Made by a program: the position numbers and the translations under genes
The notes under the pieces: model-generated
Told to the model about the DNA's origin: nothing
The model's input: only the letters and a program-made list of their open reading frames with translations
Databases searched by the model: none
Assembly: GCA_017472305.1 (NCBI GenBank)
Contig: JAFUQP010000002.1
Span: 2,143-66,142, forward strand
Origin: Clostridia bacterium
GTDB taxonomy: Bacteria; Bacillota; Clostridia; Oscillospirales; CAG-272
Length of the DNA stretch: 64,000 bases
Direction: 5' to 3'
In this document: positions 60,999-64,000 of the stretch, piece after piece
How positions within the stretch are numbered: position 1 is the stretch's first letter
Layout: each line of letters opens with the position of its first letter

Positions 60999-61433
60999 TT
61001 ACGCAAGGCTATCGGCATAAGCCGTTGCCAGAGTGTCGCAGCGCTCGTTGTAGTCGTGACCGTTATGGCCCTTAACCCAGACGAACTTCACCTCGTGCAC
61101 AGAGGTAAGCTCAAGCAGCCTCTGCCAGAGGTCGGGGTTCTTGACCTCGTCCTTGCCGCGCCGCCAGCCGTGCGCCTCCCAGGAGTAAACCCACCCCTCG
61201 AGAAATGCGTCAACGAGGTACTTTGAATCCGAGTAAAGAGTAACCCTACAGGGCTCCTTCAGCGCCGAGAGTCCCTCGATAGCCGCCGTAAGCTCCATGC
61301 GGTTGTTGGTCGTCATAGCATCACCGCCCGAGAGCTCCCGCTCGTATTTTCCGTACACGAGTATAGCTCCCCAGCCGCCGCGACCGGGATTACCGCGGCA
61401 AGCGCCGTCGGTATAAATCGATACTTCCTTCAT
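60999..61433 (-). CDS. rnhA: Ribonuclease HI
   Basis: [17 protein letters not shown]...TNNRMEL...SDSKY...[14 protein letters not shown] catalytic DEDD pattern. ATG 61433 follows GGAG. Confidence 0.9.
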   Translation of the reverse strand: MKEVSIYTDGACRGNPGRGGWGAILVYGKYERELSGGDAMTTNNRMELTAAIEGLSALKEPCRVTLYSDSKYLVDAFLEGWVYSWEAHGWRRGKDEVKNPDLWQRLLELTSVHEVKFVWVKGHNGHDYNERCDTLATAYADSLA

Positions 61434-61461
61434 AAATAGCTCCATTCTGCCGCTGTGCGGT

Positions 61462-61510
61462 AGAATTTTAAGAAAGAGGGCGTTGCAAGAGTTTATATGC
61501 AACACCCTCT
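61462..61510 (-). terminator. Hairpin after the large acidic protein gene
   Basis: On the - strand: AGAGGGTGTTGCA tataaactct TGCAACGCCCTCT followed by TTCTTAAAATTC (a weak U tract). Confidence 0.5.
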
Positions 61511-61558
61511 CGGTAAGCGAGAGAGCCTAGAGCCCCTCACTCTGAATGTCAATGAATA

Positions 61559-64000
61559 TTAGTCAGCCTTCAAGGTGTACTTAACGGTAGAGAACTTGAC
61601 TGTATAGGTCTTTGCATCGCCCTCACCCGCAGTGGTCTGTACTGCGTCTGCATGCTTCTCCTCGGTGTCGTACTCCTTCTCGTAATGAGTGAGGTAATCG
61701 AAGAGCCTGTTGGTCTGGAGTATTGCGCGGAGGTTAATCTCGCCGTAGTACTCCTCAAGCTGGCGCGCCTGAACGCTGCCGAGCGACTTCTTATACGCCT
61801 TATATACATCCTTGTCAACGATGAAGTTATCAGCCGCGTCGATAAGGTTATCCTTGTTCTTCTGCGCGTTCTCCTCTGCGGTCTTCTTGTTCTTCTCGTT
61901 CTGCTTGTCGAGCTTCTTCTTTGCCTGGTTGTTCTTCCACTCGCTTATCGAGTCGTCGTACTCGTACTCCTCGGGCTCGAAGGTGGAATTGTAAACGCCC
62001 TCGTCAATGTCAGCCTGATAGTAGTTCTTAAGGGTTGCGCCCGCGTTATGAGCATCAAGAGCCTTTGCAACCGCATAGAGCTTAAGAACGGGTGCTACAA
62101 GCTCCTTTGCCTCTGCGATAATAGCCGCCTCGATAGCTTCCTTCTCGTCGGTCTTTCCGGTCTTCTTTGCCTCGGTTATCTCATAGAGATAAGCGTGGAG
62201 GTTGCCGTATTTCGAGTAGTTGGACTGGCTGGTTTCCTTGCCGTTCGAGTCAAGCGCCTTGCCGGTATAGAAGTCGTGCTCGTAGGACTCGTAGAGGTTC
62301 TTGTAGTAGTCGTCAACTACCTTTTCGGGGTAGCCATTAACCTTAACGATATCGTCGGACTCGAAGACAATCTTGTAAATCTCTTCGTTAACCTTCTTGA
62401 TTATATCTTCCTTGTAGGAATGCTCTGCGCTCTCATACTCGTCCTCGCGGTACTCCTTGTAGAGCTTGTCGCCAAGAGTTTCTGTGTCGGTGTCGGCAGC
62501 CTTGATTGCAACAAGCTCCTGAAGAGCTGCTCTTACCGCACTGCGCTTTGCGTAAACCTTCTCCTGTTCAGCCGCGTCAAGAGCATCGCTCCACTTCTCC
62601 TCAAGCTCCTCTGCCTTGTCGTATGCCGCAAGATGAGCCGCGGTGAGAGCGTCCTTCTTGGCTGCCTTATCAGCCTCTGCCGCATCGGTGTAAGCGGTAG
62701 CCGCGGTAGCCGCAGCATCTATAAGAGCCTTGAGTGCTTCAAGGTCGGTCTTTGCCTCGGTGAGAAGCGTCTTGACCGCAACCTTTGCCGCATACTGCTC
62801 GGGGTTAGTGTCCTTCTTCGACTCATAGTCGGTTACTGCCTTCTCCGCTGCGGTAAGAAGATTTCCGATAGAGGTAACCGCGCTTGCCGCATCGGTCTTT
62901 GCCTCTGCAATCTCCTTAACTACGGTCGCAACCTCTGCGTCCTTGTTGGGAATAGCGATATAAAGGTCGTCGAATACCTTATAAGCCTTCTCTGCGTTGG
63001 TGTAAGCCTTGCCGAGAGTTTCGAGCACAGAGTCTGTGTCGAAGGTGCCTGCATAGAGCTTCTTAATCTTCTCTATCTCGGTCTTAACCTTCTCTGCGTA
63101 AGCCTCGTCCTCGAAGATATCGAAGGAAGGCTCCTTTGCCTCGTTCTTGTTCGTGGTGGACTTGTCGTCCTCAACGCGAAGGGTTATATCGGAGCCTGTT
63201 ACGTACTCAAGGATATTGAGCGCGGAAAGCTCCTCGGGCATATCAAGGTAGAATACGGGATATACGTGATAGGTAAGCTCCTTGTTGGTAAGGTCAACCT
63301 TGTTACCCTTAAAGGTGGAAACCTTAACCTCGTGCTTGGGAAGCTCCTTGCCATCCTCTGCCTCCTCCTCGAAGGGAGTGAAGGTTACGTCGATGGGAGC
63401 TCCCTCGGACTCAACCTCCCAGAGAACCTTAATCTCGCTGTAGGTAGCCTTGTCTACGTCATAGGTAGTGGTGGTCTCGCCCGACTTGTAGTCGTAGGTC
63501 TCGCCAAGTCCCTCAACTACGGGCTTGCTTGTCGAGGAGGTGCCGTCGGCAACCTCGATATTAGAGTTAATCTTAACTACGGTCTTTGCCTCGCCAATCT
63601 TGCCGGCAAGGAATCTGCCGAGCGCACTGTCGGAATCGGAAGCAATCTTGACAACCTCGTAATCGGCGGTCTGATTGATGGTAGCAATTTCCTTTGTTGC
63701 ATCGGTCTTATCAAGAAGCTTGAACTCTCTCTTGTAGCTTACGACGATGGTATCGCCAAGTTCAATCTTCTTGCCCTTCTCGCCGTTTGCCGCGTAGAGG
63801 TGGTCCTCTGCGTTCTTACCAACGAGAGCTGCCGCAATAGCGTTTGCAAGCTCCTCGCCGTCGTCAAGGCTTGCAAGGTTAACGAAATAGGTGGACTTAA
63901 CCTTGTCAAGGTCGGTGCCGATGTTAGAGGGAGCGTTCATATTCTCAAAGTAGAATACGTTGCCGTCCGCGTCGGTTGCGTAATAGCTGAAGAATACGAT
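61559..64000 (-). CDS. Large acidic Ala/Glu/Lys-rich protein with a trigger-factor/FKBP-like motif; the 5' end lies outside the window
   Basis: The reading frame stays open to position 64000, upstream of the Met given in the ORF track. It has ELGDTIVVSYKREF...LAGKIGEAK and a D/E/Y-rich C-terminal part similar in style to ORF 59072..60970. Confidence 0.75.
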   Translation of the reverse strand: MVFFSYYATDADGNVFYFENMNAPSNIGTDLDKVKSTYFVNLASLDDGEELANAIAAALVGKNAEDHLYAANGEKGKKIELGDTIVVSYKREFKLLDKTDATKEIATINQTADYEVVKIASDSDSALGRFLAGKIGEAKTVVKINSNIEVADGTSSTSKPVVEGLGETYDYKSGETTTTYDVDKATYSEIKVLWEVESEGAPIDVTFTPFEEEAEDGKELPKHEVKVSTFKGNKVDLTNKELTYHVYPVFYLDMPEELSALNILEYVTGSDITLRVEDDKSTTNKNEAKEPSFDIFEDEAYAEKVKTEIEKIKKLYAGTFDTDSVLETLGKAYTNAEKAYKVFDDLYIAIPNKDAEVATVVKEIAEAKTDAASAVTSIGNLLTAAEKAVTDYESKKDTNPEQYAAKVAVKTLLTEAKTDLEALKALIDAAATAATAYTDAAEADKAAKKDALTAAHLAAYDKAEELEEKWSDALDAAEQEKVYAKRSAVRAALQELVAIKAADTDTETLGDKLYKEYREDEYESAEHSYKEDIIKKVNEEIYKIVFESDDIVKVNGYPEKVVDDYYKNLYESYEHDFYTGKALDSNGKETSQSNYSKYGNLHAYLYEITEAKKTGKTDEKEAIEAAIIAEAKELVAPVLKLYAVAKALDAHNAGATLKNYYQADIDEGVYNSTFEPEEYEYDDSISEWKNNQAKKKLDKQNEKNKKTAEENAQKNKDNLIDAADNFIVDKDVYKAYKKSLGSVQARQLEEYYGEINLRAILQTNRLFDYLTHYEKEYDTEEKHADAVQTTAGEGDAKTYTVKFSTVKYTLKAD

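Noticed and set aside
1-64000. A search for mobile elements, prophage, defence systems, CRISPR, rRNA and tRNA
   Set aside because: I recognised no transposase, integrase, recombinase, reverse transcriptase, Cas, restriction-modification, or abortive-infection-type ATPase or nuclease genes in any frame. No rRNA or tRNA-like sequence was seen. The only mobile-looking feature is the small repeat-flanked SLOG/HTH cassette.

Overview
The window reads as chromosomal DNA from a spore-forming Firmicute of the Clostridia type. Evidence for that: spoIIE, an unannotated spoVM, dpaA/dpaB, a T-box leader, many TTGACA-17-TATAAT promoters, and Gram-positive lipoprotein signal peptides. I can support about 58 protein-coding genes plus a set of intrinsic terminators, promoters and operator-like repeats. 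I saw no rRNA, tRNA, CRISPR array, transposase, integrase, reverse transcriptase or recognisable defence genes. Housekeeping blocks are a lipid cluster (fakA, plsX, degV, a GNAT-like gene, an ACP, then an nrdG-type gene), truB, an ACT/UPF0210 pair, nagA-tcdA, DAHP synthase, asnA, guaB, holA, mgsA, pfkA, a GMP-synthase PPase-only gene, trpB and rnhA. The accessory region spans about 13.3-32.2 kb and contains: a PocR/AraC regulator with a permease and a 620-aa unknown protein; a 458-aa cytoplasmic alpha/alpha-toroid-like protein; an operon for a 1629-aa lipoprotein that carries a paralogous toroid domain plus repeated LamG-like modules, a 45-codon ORF and a 542-aa secreted protein; and a TetR-linked catabolic operon. 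The most interesting observations are as follows. (1) A Phe/Tyr-rich leader peptide (FFYYFYYF) with a U7 terminator lies upstream of DAHP synthase. (2) The uncharacterised extracellular/cytoplasmic paralog system. (3) The 45-aa ORF resembles the C-terminal tail of the giant protein. (4) A 16-18 nt operator-like motif occurs three times and ties the TetR gene, the catabolic operon, an oxidoreductase gene and the giant lipoprotein gene together. (5) Two unexplained structured non-coding regions sit at 43.86-44.09 kb and 45.76-45.97 kb. All functional calls come from reading the translations and recalling family motifs; no database search was run. Coordinates of non-coding elements were cross-checked against ORF-track frames where possible but may be off by 1-2 nt.
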